Below, one piece after another: positions 42,195 through 53,700 of a stretch of 64,000 bases of DNA. The notes beneath the pieces were generated by a model. The model did no database searches. It was not told the origin of the DNA and saw nothing but the letters and a program-made list of their open reading frames with translations. Origin of the DNA: Nitrospinaceae bacterium (GTDB lineage: Bacteria; Nitrospinota; Nitrospinia; Nitrospinales; Nitrospinaceae); contig OZ245011.1 in assembly GCA_965223665.1 (NCBI GenBank), forward strand, positions 1,248,001 through 1,312,000, read 5' to 3'. The translations under genes were made by a program, and so were the position numbers. The number at the start of each line of letters is the position of its first letter. Position 1 is the stretch's first letter.

Positions 42195-43385
42195 TTATTG
42201 GCCCATCACCCTTAGCAAATTTCCTGCAGCATATGTTCGAATGACTAATTGTGGATCATCTAACATCTGAAGTAAAAGGGAAAACGCTTCTACACCCCCC
42301 ATCATGCCAACCGCCCGAACCGCAGCTGTTCGAACCCGAGTTGTTGAATCAGACAGTGCGGTGGCCAATATTTTTGAACGTTGCGAAATAGGAGTACTTC
42401 CTAAAATACGAGCTGTACTGCTTCGAACCCCAAAATCGGGATGCCTGATCAAACTGTCAAAGTTTTTTTCACAAACATTTTCTCCCTGCCGGTTTAAAGA
42501 AACAGCTGCTGTTAACGAAACCAAGGGATCCGGATCATCACAAAAAGCTTCAATGTGTTTTTTAGTGGCAGTTTTTGGAAGATATCCTAATTCTAAAATA
42601 ACTTCACGCCTGACCTTGGGATCAGAGTGCTGGCTAAGTCGAATCAAATTTCGAAAAAATCCCATATCTATTTTTTCGCCAATTGCTTTTAAACTTCGCG
42701 TGAGCACTTCAGAGTCCTGTCCTTGAAGTAAAACTCCTAAATGCGACAAAGAATTCTCATTTCCGATTTTTCCCAAATAAAAAATAGCCTGGTATTTATT
42801 AATTAGATCTCCGCTATCTAATGAATCCACTAATTCATCAAAGTTTTTTTTATCACCCAATTTATAAAGAGCATAATGTGTGGCTAATCGAACCATTCGG
42901 TCTGGGGTGTTCAAAGACAATTTAATTTTAGGAATATCTTGAGGTAATCCCAAATCTGCTAAAATATCCAAAGCGGTACTTTTGACCCAAATATTAGTAT
43001 CCTCCAAACGATCTAGAGCCACCACTCGTGCCTCTTCGGTGGAAATATTTTTCAATCCTTGAAGAGAAAATTGTCGAGTAGTTGGATAAAAATCCCTGCT
43101 ACCCTTTTTCAATAAAGGTATTAATTTTTCATCTTTAGATTCACCGGCAGCCCTTACCGCTCCACTGCGAATAAAGGCCTCTTCACTCGACATTGCTTCT
43201 TCTATAATCGAATAACAGCGATTCCGAATTTTTCTCAGAGTTTCATCCGGTTTGTTAGTGGATTTTTGGGCTTGGGTATTATCGGATCCCCAAACCAAAA
43301 AGACAGAAACCACAATTCCAAAAATTAACCCATTTTTTCTAATTAAAAGGTAATAACATTTCTTTATTAAACAATGATATTTCAT
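42195..43385 (-). CDS. Exported HEAT-repeat protein
   Basis: Repeated D....VR..A...LG units; hydrophobic N-terminal segment; start uncertain. Confidence 0.85.
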   Translation of the reverse strand: MKYHCLIKKCYYLLIRKNGLIFGIVVSVFLVWGSDNTQAQKSTNKPDETLRKIRNRCYSIIEEAMSSEEAFIRSGAVRAAGESKDEKLIPLLKKGSRDFYPTTRQFSLQGLKNISTEEARVVALDRLEDTNIWVKSTALDILADLGLPQDIPKIKLSLNTPDRMVRLATHYALYKLGDKKNFDELVDSLDSGDLINKYQAIFYLGKIGNENSLSHLGVLLQGQDSEVLTRSLKAIGEKIDMGFFRNLIRLSQHSDPKVRREVILELGYLPKTATKKHIEAFCDDPDPLVSLTAAVSLNRQGENVCEKNFDSLIRHPDFGVRSSTARILGSTPISQRSKILATALSDSTTRVRTAAVRAVGMMGGVEAFSLLLQMLDDPQLVIRTYAAGNLLRVMGQ

Positions 43386-44253
43386 CCCACGAATTCAAGT
43401 TTGAATTTAATAATTTCACATAGCATTTTATAGCTTCCCCATACATTTCAGAATCTTCAAGTTTACCTCTATTACGAAATCCCGTTTCTAATATAGAACA
43501 TTTCTCGATCAACATTTCCAAGACCCATTTTCTTTTTTCTTCACTTAGTGTCTTTTCTCGTAAGAGCTTCTCTAAAGAATAAACCCTAAAACGATCCATT
43601 CCCCAAAATTTTTGGGAAAGTTGATCAGCGTGTCCCCCGTATTTAAAAATTAATGGAGTTTCTAAAAATTTAACATGATACCTGGCAGTCAACCGTAACC
43701 AAAAATCATAATCCTCACAGACCAACATATCTTCATCGAAAAATCCTATCTCTTTAAATACAGACGCTCGTAACATAACAGAAGAAGGACTTATAATACA
43801 AAGGGGCAAAGAATGCCGAAATATATCACCAGAGTATTTTTGGTGTTTTTTTTTAGGATTTACTCTCTTGCCACGCCGAATCCAAATTTCATCTGTATAG
43901 CAGGCCTGCGCATTTAAGTGATTCTCCATGAATTGCCATTGTTTTTCTAACTTGTTGGACTTCCATGAGTCGTCCGAATCTAAGAAACAAACATATTTTC
44001 CCTGAGCTTTTTCCAAACCCAAATTTCTAGATGCAGAAACGCCCGAGTTTGTTTTAAAACTTAATATGGTAACCCCCGAATACGCTTTTAATTTCTCTTG
44101 AGTTGAGTCGGTTGAGCCATCATCGACAACAATCAATTCAAATTCCTTAAAAGATTGATTTAAAACAGATTCAACTGATCGCTCCAAACACCAATCTCTA
44201 TTATAAGTAGGTAAAATAACCGATACCTCGGGATTGTTTATTTTGGAGACCAT
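43339..44253 (-). CDS. Glycosyltransferase family 2
   Basis: VSVILPTYNR, VDDGSTD, FLDSDD, EDYDFWLR. Confidence 0.93.
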   Translation of the reverse strand: MVSKINNPEVSVILPTYNRDWCLERSVESVLNQSFKEFELIVVDDGSTDSTQEKLKAYSGVTILSFKTNSGVSASRNLGLEKAQGKYVCFLDSDDSWKSNKLEKQWQFMENHLNAQACYTDEIWIRRGKRVNPKKKHQKYSGDIFRHSLPLCIISPSSVMLRASVFKEIGFFDEDMLVCEDYDFWLRLTARYHVKFLETPLIFKYGGHADQLSQKFWGMDRFRVYSLEKLLREKTLSEEKRKWVLEMLIEKCSILETGFRNRGKLEDSEMYGEAIKCYVKLLNSNLNSWDEISLFNKEMLLPFN

Positions 44254-44505
44254 AATTTATTGGAATATCCTCAATAAGTTCAAAATGTTAAACGATTTTA
44301 GTTAAAAGGCGGATTATAACATCTTGTTTTTTAAAGCTTAACTATGGGTTTAATCATCAGATAAATGTCTTGACAAAAGCTGTATTTTCACATATTACTT
44401 ACTGCTTCGCGAACCATTTATTAGATGTTAAAATTAGCTATCTTTTTTAAATGGATTCCCGGCTGAAAGTTGTGGATAAGTTGAATATTCCTCAAAGGTA
44501 GGTTT

Positions 44506-45519
44506 ATGAAATACCCTGAAGTTGTGGCTTTTTTTCAAAATGACCTTGTACAGGTAGAACGAGCTCTCAGGAGCAATTATCGATCTGAGATTTCTATTGT
44601 TCCGGAAATTGGTGATTACATTATGAGCGCAGGGGGAAAACGAATTCGCCCTCTCCTACTGCTTTTAAGTTCAAGGCTTTGTGGACTCCCACTCAATGAA
44701 AATGTCATAAAGCATTGTTGTGTTGTAGAGTATGTCCATGCCGCATCATTACTTCATGATGATGTTGTGGATGAAACCACTCTCCGAAGGGGACGTCAAA
44801 CCGTAAATTCAAAATGGGGAAGTGACGCTAGCATTTTGGTGGGCGACTATTTAATTTCACGATCCATCCTTTTATTGGCTGATGACGTAGACCAAAAGAT
44901 ATTTAAAACGTTTTCCGAAGCAGCTAAGGTCCTCGTTGAAGGTGGACTTTTAGAATACTGCAATGCTAGAGATATTTTAATAACAGAGGAGTTATGTCAA
45001 AAGATAATTTATGGCAAAACTGCCTCCATCATGGAACTTAGCTGTCAATTGGGCGCTCAATTGGCTAAGAGTGAACCTATTGAAGAGAAAGCCCTTGCCG
45101 AATTTGGAAAAAACCTTGGGATGGCCTTTCAAGTGATTGATGATCTATTAGATTATGATGGCGATCCGGAACTACTGGGAAAACCGGTAGGAACTGATTT
45201 TAAAGAAGGCCATGTGACACTTCCATTATTATATCTCTATCAAAAGGCGGAGAGGTCATTAAAAAGGGAGATAGAAGCTTTCATTGACAATGAGAATATC
45301 ATTCAAAAAGATTACGAATATATTACTGAAAAGATGCGTGAATATCGCATATTTGAACAAGTTTTTGAAAAGGCCTGTTTACATATTGATAACGCGAAAA
45401 GATCTTTATCCGGAAAAAACTTTGCGGAGCCCAAATATATTGAATTTCTTACCGCAGTAGCAGACTTTGTTATAGAAAACTACCTGTCAAATCGCCCTTC
45501 TTTAACCCCCATTCCTTAA
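44506..45519 (+). CDS. ispB: Long-chain polyprenyl diphosphate synthase
   Basis: GGKRIRP, LLHDDVVD...RRG, KTA, FQVIDDLLD. Confidence 0.88.
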   Translation: MKYPEVVAFFQNDLVQVERALRSNYRSEISIVPEIGDYIMSAGGKRIRPLLLLLSSRLCGLPLNENVIKHCCVVEYVHAASLLHDDVVDETTLRRGRQTVNSKWGSDASILVGDYLISRSILLLADDVDQKIFKTFSEAAKVLVEGGLLEYCNARDILITEELCQKIIYGKTASIMELSCQLGAQLAKSEPIEEKALAEFGKNLGMAFQVIDDLLDYDGDPELLGKPVGTDFKEGHVTLPLLYLYQKAERSLKREIEAFIDNENIIQKDYEYITEKMREYRIFEQVFEKACLHIDNAKRSLSGKNFAEPKYIEFLTAVADFVIENYLSNRPSLTPIP

Positions 45520-45619
45520 ATAAAACAATTAGTTAGTTGAAACCGTTTTGAAAATTAGTTGCAGTTCTTTCTTTCTAGACTTACATTAATAAAGAGTGTG
45601 TCTGAAAAAAAAGGGACTC

Positions 45620-46138
45620 ATGAATACTTATCAACATCCCTATGTACAGCTTGCCAAGGATTCAGTTAGATATTTTCTTTCACATAAGCAAAAGCTACCT
45701 TGCCCGCAAAAATTATCTAAAGACTTAAGAGAACAAGCCGCTTCTTTTGTATCGATTAGAAAGAATAAGCAACTGAGAGGATGCATTGGATCGCTAGAGC
45801 CACAAGAACCCAATTTGGCAATGGAGATTATAGAAAATGCTGTAAAAGCCGCTCATTCAGATCCTCGTTTCGACCCAATTACTCCAGACGAAATGGATCA
45901 ATTAACTTTTTCTATTGATGTATTGACTCCATTAGAAAAAGTGCCGAATTCCGCTTGTCTAGACCCCAGGGTTTATGGGCTGGTAGTGAAAAGTAATGAA
46001 AACCAGGGAGTTTTGTTACCAGACATAGAGGGAGTTGCTACAGTCAAGGAACAACTGGGAATATGTCGGGCAAAGGGGAAAATTAAAGAAGCGGATCCGC
46101 AAGAGTTGTATCGATTCAAAGTTTATCGATTCCAATAA
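45620..46138 (+). CDS. AMMECR1-domain protein
   Basis: FVSI...LRGCIG, DPRF, GVLLP. Confidence 0.9.
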   Translation: MNTYQHPYVQLAKDSVRYFLSHKQKLPCPQKLSKDLREQAASFVSIRKNKQLRGCIGSLEPQEPNLAMEIIENAVKAAHSDPRFDPITPDEMDQLTFSIDVLTPLEKVPNSACLDPRVYGLVVKSNENQGVLLPDIEGVATVKEQLGICRAKGKIKEADPQELYRFKVYRFQ

Positions 46139-46139
46139 A

Positions 46140-46170
46140 AAAGCCGCCCAGAAAAGCTCTGGACGGCTTT
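46140..46170. terminator. Bidirectional intrinsic terminator between the convergent AMMECR1 and aclA genes
   Basis: AAAGCCGCCCAGA/TCTGGACGGCTTT hairpin with A and T flanks. Confidence 0.75.
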
Positions 46171-46185
46171 ATAAGTTATTTTACT

Positions 46186-48891
46186 TTACCCTACATAAGC
46201 ACACTTGCTTGCAGGGGTACGGGTGTCCATATTCTTGCCACGATTGGTGTGGTCATCAATCTCAGCCGCGCAGCCAATCATTCGACCAAATAGAAAGGCC
46301 ATGAAACTCGCCCATTCAATATCCTCTTCTTTGTATTTACCCTCTTTATAATCAGACCAAACCATTTTAAGAAGAATAACCGCAATTACTGCATCCACAT
46401 TTACGCAGTAAACATTCTTAGTAACCTTCGTTTTAAAGAGGGCTTGGACTAAATGGTGATAAAAATCCAGAAACACATTATAAAGTCCCTTTTCTTTAAA
46501 TAGACCACTAACATATTCTTCACGGGGATCTACATTAACATCCTTACCTTTGAACACAGGATGATTTACGCAAGGAATCTTATCGTACGCCAAATTACCC
46601 AACCCTTTCTGCTCCTTTTTATATTTCCCATAAAAAGAAGCATACTCCGTGGCAATCTTTTCTAAATCAACACCATGTTTAGAATCAGCCGGATCCTTTA
46701 AAGCGGTATTCTTGAACTGGTCAATTAAAAATGCCGCCGCTTCATAACCATTTCCTCCATGCGCAAAACCTGTGTGGGTTAAGAACCCGATGAAGCTTTT
46801 ATTAATTTGCACTCGATCAGGTTGCTCCGGACCATCCGCACTTACCGCTCCCTTAGAGCCTTGTGCGGAAATTGTTCCCGGTCCATTAGTGATAATCAAA
46901 CCTAATAAAACTTGAAATTCAAACAATTCCCCTTCAGTAGGTTGGCGTCCCATTAATGCTAAAAAGGCCGTTTTGGTAAAACTTTGTTGTAATAGATCCT
47001 CATTTTTAACCCCACAGAATGAATCTTCTGATTGCAAATCTGCCGGGGCAGCAACACCCACCATAGTGCTAAATATCGCTCCATACCAAGGCAACCGAAC
47101 TAAAGTGGACTGAGAAATTTTCTTGGTCCTTAAACTTTGCCATCCAAGAGTTACCCATGCTGCCGCAATAATGCTGTCCATGGATACGTTTCCACCATGT
47201 TCTTTAGCAAAATCATTTAAAAAACCAAAGAATACAGACTTATCCTTAAATGCCTCAATAGCCTTTCCTGCACATGCATTAGATTCAGAAGAAAGTAAAG
47301 CTTCTTTATGACCTGCTGCTCCAGAAATTAATGATTTATAATCAAAACTCTCTTCAGGGTTATCCATTGAACTGAGTTTAAAAATATCCAGCAGTGCCGA
47401 GGCTGCATCCATGGCGGATTGAGCAGATTTTTTACCAACTATGGAAACTGCAGCAGATAAAACTGTATTAGGTGAACTTCCCGCATCTCGAGAAGCGGAA
47501 GCAGCCGCCAAAGTTGGTTTGCCGTGTTGATTCACCCCTCCATTTAATACTGCATTTACCAATTGGATACCTGTTGCAGAAGGATAAACCTTGGTAAGCG
47601 CAAACACCAGGTTCTCCTCAAACGATTTATTGGATGCATCTAAAATGGAAACATTGTGAATTTGTGAAACTTGAGTTTTGGGATCCATTTTAGAGGCTCC
47701 ACTTGCATCTTTTAAAGTTTCACGACTGGGTTGGGCTCCCACTTGTAATTTCAAAGAATCAATTTGTTGATTATAAGGGTCGATGGCTTCTACTGGTTTA
47801 ATATCTAAATTTTGAGGTAATGTAATACCATTATTGTTACCAAACCAACATTTCAAAGCAAGACTACCCTTTGGCGCAAAATCAGGTTCCGAACCATTTA
47901 ATTTCATAACAGCTGTTAATGCTTCTGGGATATGAGCAATGTTGGTAACCAAAGCGCCTTTTTTAGAAATTACTGGATTCTCCGGTGTGTAGATATCGTT
48001 CACACCAAAATACTCTTTAAACCAATTTTCTTTTGCAATAGCATCGTCCCCAGCACCTGCAAGAGACCCTGCATGTCCACAGGACTTGGTCAATTTAGCT
48101 TTCCAGCGTCCTACTACACAAGCAATAATCGGTTTGTCAGATTGTATTCCTTTTTCATACATTCCACCAGGCTCACAGTATATGACTCCCGCTTTAGATC
48201 GGTCATCATTATTAAATCCGTGAATAAATTCGTGAGGTCCATAATGGATATAAACATCTTTACCGCTGGAAACCGACGTAGTGGTTCCCCAACCAGCGGT
48301 AGATAAATAAACCGCGATGGTGGTCGTAAAGTTTCCTGAGTTTGAAAAAATAGCAACAGAACCTTTAATTAAAGATTCTTCCGGACTGTTCCCTCCTAAA
48401 GCGCCCCCTAGACGAACATGATTCCATGCATCCGCAAGCCCCAGGCAATTCCCACCAAATAAATCCACACCATTGGTTTGACAAATCGCTCGCATAATTC
48501 GCGAATCCTTTACCGAAACCTTCTCAGTCAAAACAATTACTTTTTCCAAATCCGGGTTTTCCCTGACGGCTTCAGCCACCCCATCTTTAACCCCTGATGG
48601 AGGCAAATAAACAACCGCAGTATTAAATTTATGGCCCGCTTCAATTCCTTCTTTTATTGAGTTATAAACAGGAATTTTCCCAATTTTGGTAGGTAAAGAT
48701 TTCCCTGACTTACCTGGTCCTGTTCCAAACACAATATTTCCTCCAGAATACTCATGGCTGGTTGGGGTCACCGTAGAACTCTCTTTACCCAATATATTCA
48801 AAACCACAACTCGGTCATCTTTAGTCGCAAGCTCTGACAATGAATTGATTCCGACGTAATAGGGGAATTCTCCCACTCCTTCTTTATGCAT
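46186..48891 (-). CDS. aclA: ATP-citrate lyase alpha subunit, long (901 aa) form
   Basis: CoA-binding domain, GGNCLG, SNSGNFTT, phospho-His GHAG, citryl-CoA lyase motifs AHGGNG, NHPVFK, NVDAVIA. Confidence 0.85.
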   Translation of the reverse strand: MHKEGVGEFPYYVGINSLSELATKDDRVVVLNILGKESSTVTPTSHEYSGGNIVFGTGPGKSGKSLPTKIGKIPVYNSIKEGIEAGHKFNTAVVYLPPSGVKDGVAEAVRENPDLEKVIVLTEKVSVKDSRIMRAICQTNGVDLFGGNCLGLADAWNHVRLGGALGGNSPEESLIKGSVAIFSNSGNFTTTIAVYLSTAGWGTTTSVSSGKDVYIHYGPHEFIHGFNNDDRSKAGVIYCEPGGMYEKGIQSDKPIIACVVGRWKAKLTKSCGHAGSLAGAGDDAIAKENWFKEYFGVNDIYTPENPVISKKGALVTNIAHIPEALTAVMKLNGSEPDFAPKGSLALKCWFGNNNGITLPQNLDIKPVEAIDPYNQQIDSLKLQVGAQPSRETLKDASGASKMDPKTQVSQIHNVSILDASNKSFEENLVFALTKVYPSATGIQLVNAVLNGGVNQHGKPTLAAASASRDAGSSPNTVLSAAVSIVGKKSAQSAMDAASALLDIFKLSSMDNPEESFDYKSLISGAAGHKEALLSSESNACAGKAIEAFKDKSVFFGFLNDFAKEHGGNVSMDSIIAAAWVTLGWQSLRTKKISQSTLVRLPWYGAIFSTMVGVAAPADLQSEDSFCGVKNEDLLQQSFTKTAFLALMGRQPTEGELFEFQVLLGLIITNGPGTISAQGSKGAVSADGPEQPDRVQINKSFIGFLTHTGFAHGGNGYEAAAFLIDQFKNTALKDPADSKHGVDLEKIATEYASFYGKYKKEQKGLGNLAYDKIPCVNHPVFKGKDVNVDPREEYVSGLFKEKGLYNVFLDFYHHLVQALFKTKVTKNVYCVNVDAVIAVILLKMVWSDYKEGKYKEEDIEWASFMAFLFGRMIGCAAEIDDHTNRGKNMDTRTPASKCAYVG

Positions 48892-48929
48892 TGGTTCTAA
48901 CCTCCAATTATTAAAATCTGGATTTCCAG

Positions 48930-50198
48930 TTATTTAATGTTCATACCTTTTTTAATTTCTTCTTTACCGCCATTAAGCATCCATTGGTTTACCGATTTGG
49001 CATAATTGATAACTTCAGACATCGCACTATCATGCCCAAAAAATCGGTAAGGCAACCCTAGTGAATCGCAGGTATCTCGTAAATACGACATGCCCCGAAT
49101 CAAATTTGGACCACCCCTACCAACGACGACAAACAAAGGATGAGGACCATAGGATTGGAAATACCATTTTATGCCATCAGCCATGGCACGAAAGGTTTCA
49201 TATATATCGGTATTGTTCGCTTTACCACCGATAATAAACAATACATTAGTTTGGGGTAACCAATGCTTAAAAGTAATTTTAGAAATTTCATTCATTTTTG
49301 CGTAAGGAGGGTTTCCTCCAAAATCCGAAGAAATCGTTGCATCATCACCTAGCATTTCAGTAACCATAGCGTTTGCACCACCACCAAAAGTCGGAGAAGT
49401 AATGCTTCCCTGATCATTAATTACATAAACGTCACTTTGGCCCTGATAGGTTCTTAGTTGGTTAATCTCCTGCTCAAATTCAGAGTCATCGGAGGCAAAT
49501 AAGTCATCAGGTAAATGTAAACGCTTCCAGGCAGGATCATCCTGGTCAAAGGCACATTTAAAATCACAAGCGACCGGTGTAATTCGTTTGCCATCATTTC
49601 GCATACGAATTGGATTCAATTCCAACATCAACATGCCATAGTTGTTATATAAATCCCATAACTTAGGCAGATTCTGAACCAGAGGACTAATAATGGCCTG
49701 AGGAGCTCCTAAATTAGTTAAAGCATTCGAAACATGAAATGCTTTTAACCCTGTAAGAGGATCAAAAGGAACCACTGCCAGCTTATCCGCAGGCAATTCT
49801 TCAATATCCACTCCACCATGATGGGTAATAGTCATAGCTGGGGATCGGTATTGAGTGTTGTCAGATATGGAAAAATAAACTTCGATATCCGCTGGAACAC
49901 CGCCTTCAAAAGTAACCCCATTGGATTTTGCAGTTACATTGCCGAATTCATGGGTGGCAAAATAAAGCCGCTCTTTTTCCTTTAAGGCATCGGTAATATT
50001 ATCCACACGACCGAGCAAACCGGACTTACCTTTCTTACCCACACCTCCCTTAAACACGGGCTTAATGAAAACCTGCCCATGCTTTTTAATCATTTCCTTT
50101 ATTTCATCTACACTCAGTTCAGGACCACGCACATCGGAGCGAGGAAACTCTACAAGGTCCAGCAACTTCCTCCCCCAAAGCATTCCAGTGATTTGCAT
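48930..50198 (-). CDS. aclB: ATP-citrate lyase beta subunit
   Basis: IKP...GKKGKSGL, GGVDIE, ELNP, GGGA, DFGGNP, GGKANNTDI, RGGPN. Confidence 0.88.
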   Translation of the reverse strand: MQITGMLWGRKLLDLVEFPRSDVRGPELSVDEIKEMIKKHGQVFIKPVFKGGVGKKGKSGLLGRVDNITDALKEKERLYFATHEFGNVTAKSNGVTFEGGVPADIEVYFSISDNTQYRSPAMTITHHGGVDIEELPADKLAVVPFDPLTGLKAFHVSNALTNLGAPQAIISPLVQNLPKLWDLYNNYGMLMLELNPIRMRNDGKRITPVACDFKCAFDQDDPAWKRLHLPDDLFASDDSEFEQEINQLRTYQGQSDVYVINDQGSITSPTFGGGANAMVTEMLGDDATISSDFGGNPPYAKMNEISKITFKHWLPQTNVLFIIGGKANNTDIYETFRAMADGIKWYFQSYGPHPLFVVVGRGGPNLIRGMSYLRDTCDSLGLPYRFFGHDSAMSEVINYAKSVNQWMLNGGKEEIKKGMNIK

Positions 50199-50460
50199 CT
50201 CAATTCTCCTGCCTAAAAAATTACTTAGTTTAAGTTTACCTTTTTGGGCATCTAAAATTTTGAAGTTACTGCAGGTTATTCACCCTGGTGATTGGTGAAA
50301 ACAAGCACAATTAAAAAACCAATTTTTAGAGGCCCTTTATATAAATTTTTATCATCGGGCGAACAATATATACCCTTAGAGAGCTTTCAAAAACAATACA
50401 CTCCCTGCTAATGACGGATTTATTTGGATCGAGAGTGGGAACTCTAGATTGGAACGCACT

Positions 50461-50488
50461 ATTTTAAAAAAATTAGCGATTTTGTCAA
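50461..50488 (-). promoter_or_regulatory. Putative sigma70 promoter of aclBA
   Basis: Minus strand TTGACA-N16-TAAAAT, about 260 nt upstream of the aclB ATG. Confidence 0.55.
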
Positions 50489-50635
50489 CGGATTTGGGCA
50501 AATCCTTATAAAATATGTAGGGAAATCGAACTTTTCCTCAAATTTTTCCTTTCTCTACTGGGAACTTTCGGGATTTCTTTCATTCATATCTGCAATCCGG
50601 GGATTATCTTTATTCTTTTCAATTACATAATTCAT

Positions 50636-50685
50636 AAAAAAAGCCCGTGAGCCTGGCAGTTTTTATCTGCCAAACCCACAGGCTT
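50636..50685 (-). terminator. Intrinsic terminator of the large surface protein gene
   Basis: Minus strand AAGCCUGUGGGUUUGGCAG-7nt-CUGCCAGGCUCACGGGCUU, a 19-bp stem closed only with G-U pairs on this strand, followed by a U tract. Confidence 0.85.
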
Positions 50686-50708
50686 GATTTTTTAATTAAA
50701 AAGGAGTT

Positions 50709-53700
50709 TTATTTCTTCTTTCCTCCTTTTTTGCTTCCACTTTCTTGGTGGTCACAAACGATTACATCGGCATGAGCAATGATGTATAGCGCTTGCTCTT
50801 CAAAGCTTCCTAATTGATAGGTAACACTACCATCAGGATTGACCGTAGCAAGGTCATTGGAGTTAAATTGACCTGGTGCTGCTGGATCTGGACCATTGTC
50901 AGCTTCAGTAGATACGTTGAGGTGCGTATTCAAAAGCACGAAACCATCATCCAACACGTAGGTTACAGTGGCATTGTTTGGATCAGAGTAATCAATGATC
51001 ACTTTACCTACCAAGGTTCCCTTACTCAGGTCATTTCCACCGGCTCCAGTATAAAGGTTAGCTTCATAGATTTGACCCGCTTCCAGGGGACCTAATTGCC
51101 ATCCCCATCGATCCGCAGTCAAACCTAAATCGATGAAAGTTGTACTTAAAGCATCACCCAGGTACGCAAAGCCTGTTTCATCGAAACAATCCACAGGAAT
51201 TTCATCGTCATCCTCGTCCTCAGGAACTGGCGGAGGATTGTTCGGGTCATCATCATCGTCACTGTTAACAAAAGCTACGTTTTTGACAACCTTAGCTTGG
51301 ACATCGTCCTGAGTCACTTCCACACCAACAATTAGAGGATCATTGGTCGGATCAACAGGACAGGTTCCACCCGGTGCTACTGCATCACATTCTTCTATTG
51401 AAGTACCTGCAGGAACCACGGCACCATCCAAGATGACATCTCTATCATCAGTAACGACCATATCAAGAGTTACGTTACCAGTGTTTGTGGCTAAAATTTC
51501 GAAGTACACCACATCACCTAGAGAAATGCCGCCATTACCGTCGTTATCATCGAAATCGAATTCACCCGTATCTGTTTTAACAGCGGTTTTAACAATTTCA
51601 TGTGCAGGATTCTGCGGTAACGGCTCGGTATGATCATCAGGATCGTCTACCGGACAATTTGCCGCCGTACACTGACCCGTCGCCAGCGCTGTATTAAAGA
51701 ACGATCCACTGTCGATGTCCGCTTGCGTTAACGTATAACTACCGGTAAAGGTCGTGCTGTCAGAAGCGCCCGGTGCCAACGTTGCAATCGGACCGCCACT
51801 GATCGTCACTCCACCCACAGTGTCCGCAAGTGTAATATTGGTTAACGTCACATTACCAATATTAGTCACGGTGAAGTTGTAACTGATCGTTTCACCTGCA
51901 TCGGCAAATCCATCACCGTTCTCATCCTGGAAACTTCCAGTCTTCTCTAACTCAATTCCAGGATTCTGCGGTAACGGCTCGGTATGATCATCAGGATCGT
52001 CTACCGGACAATTTGCCGCCGTACACTGACCCGTCGTCAACGCTGTATTAAAGAACGATCCACTGTCGATGTCCGCTTGCGTTAACGTATAACTACCGGT
52101 AAAGGTCGTGCTGTCAGAAGCGCCCGGTGCCAACGTTGCAATCGGACCGCCACTGATCGTCACTCCACCCACAGTGTCCGCAAGCGTAATATTGGTTAAC
52201 GTCACATTACCAATATTAGTCACGGTGAAGTTGTAACTGATCGTTTCACCTGCATCGGCAAATCCATTACCGTTCTCATCCTGGAAACTTCCAGTCTTCT
52301 CTAACTCAATTCCAGGATTCTGCGGTAACGGCTCGTCATTATCATCGTCATCTGTTGCACAATCGATTGAACCATTCGGACAATCACCCGTGGTAAGCGC
52401 CAAATTCTCACGATGACCCGCATCTATGTCGGCTTGAGTTACTACATAACTGCCAGTACATTGCACACTTTCGCCCGGATCCAGAATGCCGTCAAACGCT
52501 CCACAATCCACAGTGATCACAGGATCGGTAACATCAACATTACTCAAGGTCACGTTTCCAATGTTGGTTACGGTCAACGTATAGCTAATGGTCTCACCCA
52601 CCTGGGCAAATCCGTCACCACTCTCATCCTGGAATTCACCTTCCTTGACAATCTGAATCTTTGGATCTTGTGGTAATGGTTCATCGTCATCATCCTCATC
52701 TTCTGCACAATCGATTGAACCATTCGGACAATCACCCGTGGTAAGCGCCAAATTCTCACGATGACCCGCATCTATGTCGTCTTGAGTTACCACATAACTG
52801 CCGGTACATTGCACGCTTTCACCCGGATCCAGAATGCCGTCAAACGCTCCACAATCTACAGTGATCACAGGGTCAGTAACATCAACATTAGTCAGGGTTA
52901 CATTACCCGTGTTAGTCACATCCAAAGTGTAGCTGATAGTTTCACCCACCTGGGCAAACCCATCCCCATTCTCATCCTGGAATTCACCTTCCTTGACAAT
53001 CTGAATCTTTGGATCTTGTGGTAATGGTTCATCGTCATCATCCTCATCTTCTGCACAATCGATTGAACCATTCGGACAATCACCCGTGGTAAGCGCCAAA
53101 TTCTCACGATGACCCGCATCTATGTCGACTTGAGTTACCACATAACTGCCGGTACATTGCACGCTTTCACCCGGATCCAGAATGCCGTCAAACGCTCCAC
53201 AATCTACAGTGATCACAGGGTCAGTAACATCAACATTAGTCAGGGTTACATTACCCGTGTTAGTCACATCCAAAGTGTAGCTGATAGTTTCACCCACCTG
53301 GGCAAACCCATCCCCATTCTCATCCTGGAATTCACCTTCCTTGATAATTTCAATCTTAGGGTCCTGATTAATTGTCAATACCACATCATCGGTAAGATTG
53401 AAGGGTTCAAAACATCCACCTTCAGGAGCTTCGATTGCCAATTGAGCTGAGTTCGTTAACGTACCCGCTTCAATATCATCCTGAGTGATGTTGTAAGTCA
53501 TTTGACAATTAAGGGATGCATTTGGTGCCAAAGTCTGCTGACCTACCGGACAATCACCATTGATGATTCCAGTCAACCCATCAGTAAGGGTTGCAACCAC
53601 AGAGGATGTACCATTGTTAGTCGCGCTGAACTGATAGGTAATCTCATCATCAACCGCTAACTCAGCAGAGGAACCCTCCACATACTCCACACCATTGATT

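Noticed and set aside
44471-44479. Perfect DnaA box (TGTGGATAA) upstream of ispB
   Set aside because: Single box, with no box cluster or dnaA/dnaN context; not evidence of an origin
46186-50198. Succinyl-CoA synthetase sucCD
   Set aside because: Alpha subunit carries citryl-CoA lyase domains and beta has the ACL-type GGKANNTD motif
52413-53450. Repeated short ORFs on the opposite strand and alternative frames
   Set aside because: Shadows of the 348-bp repeats in the surface protein gene
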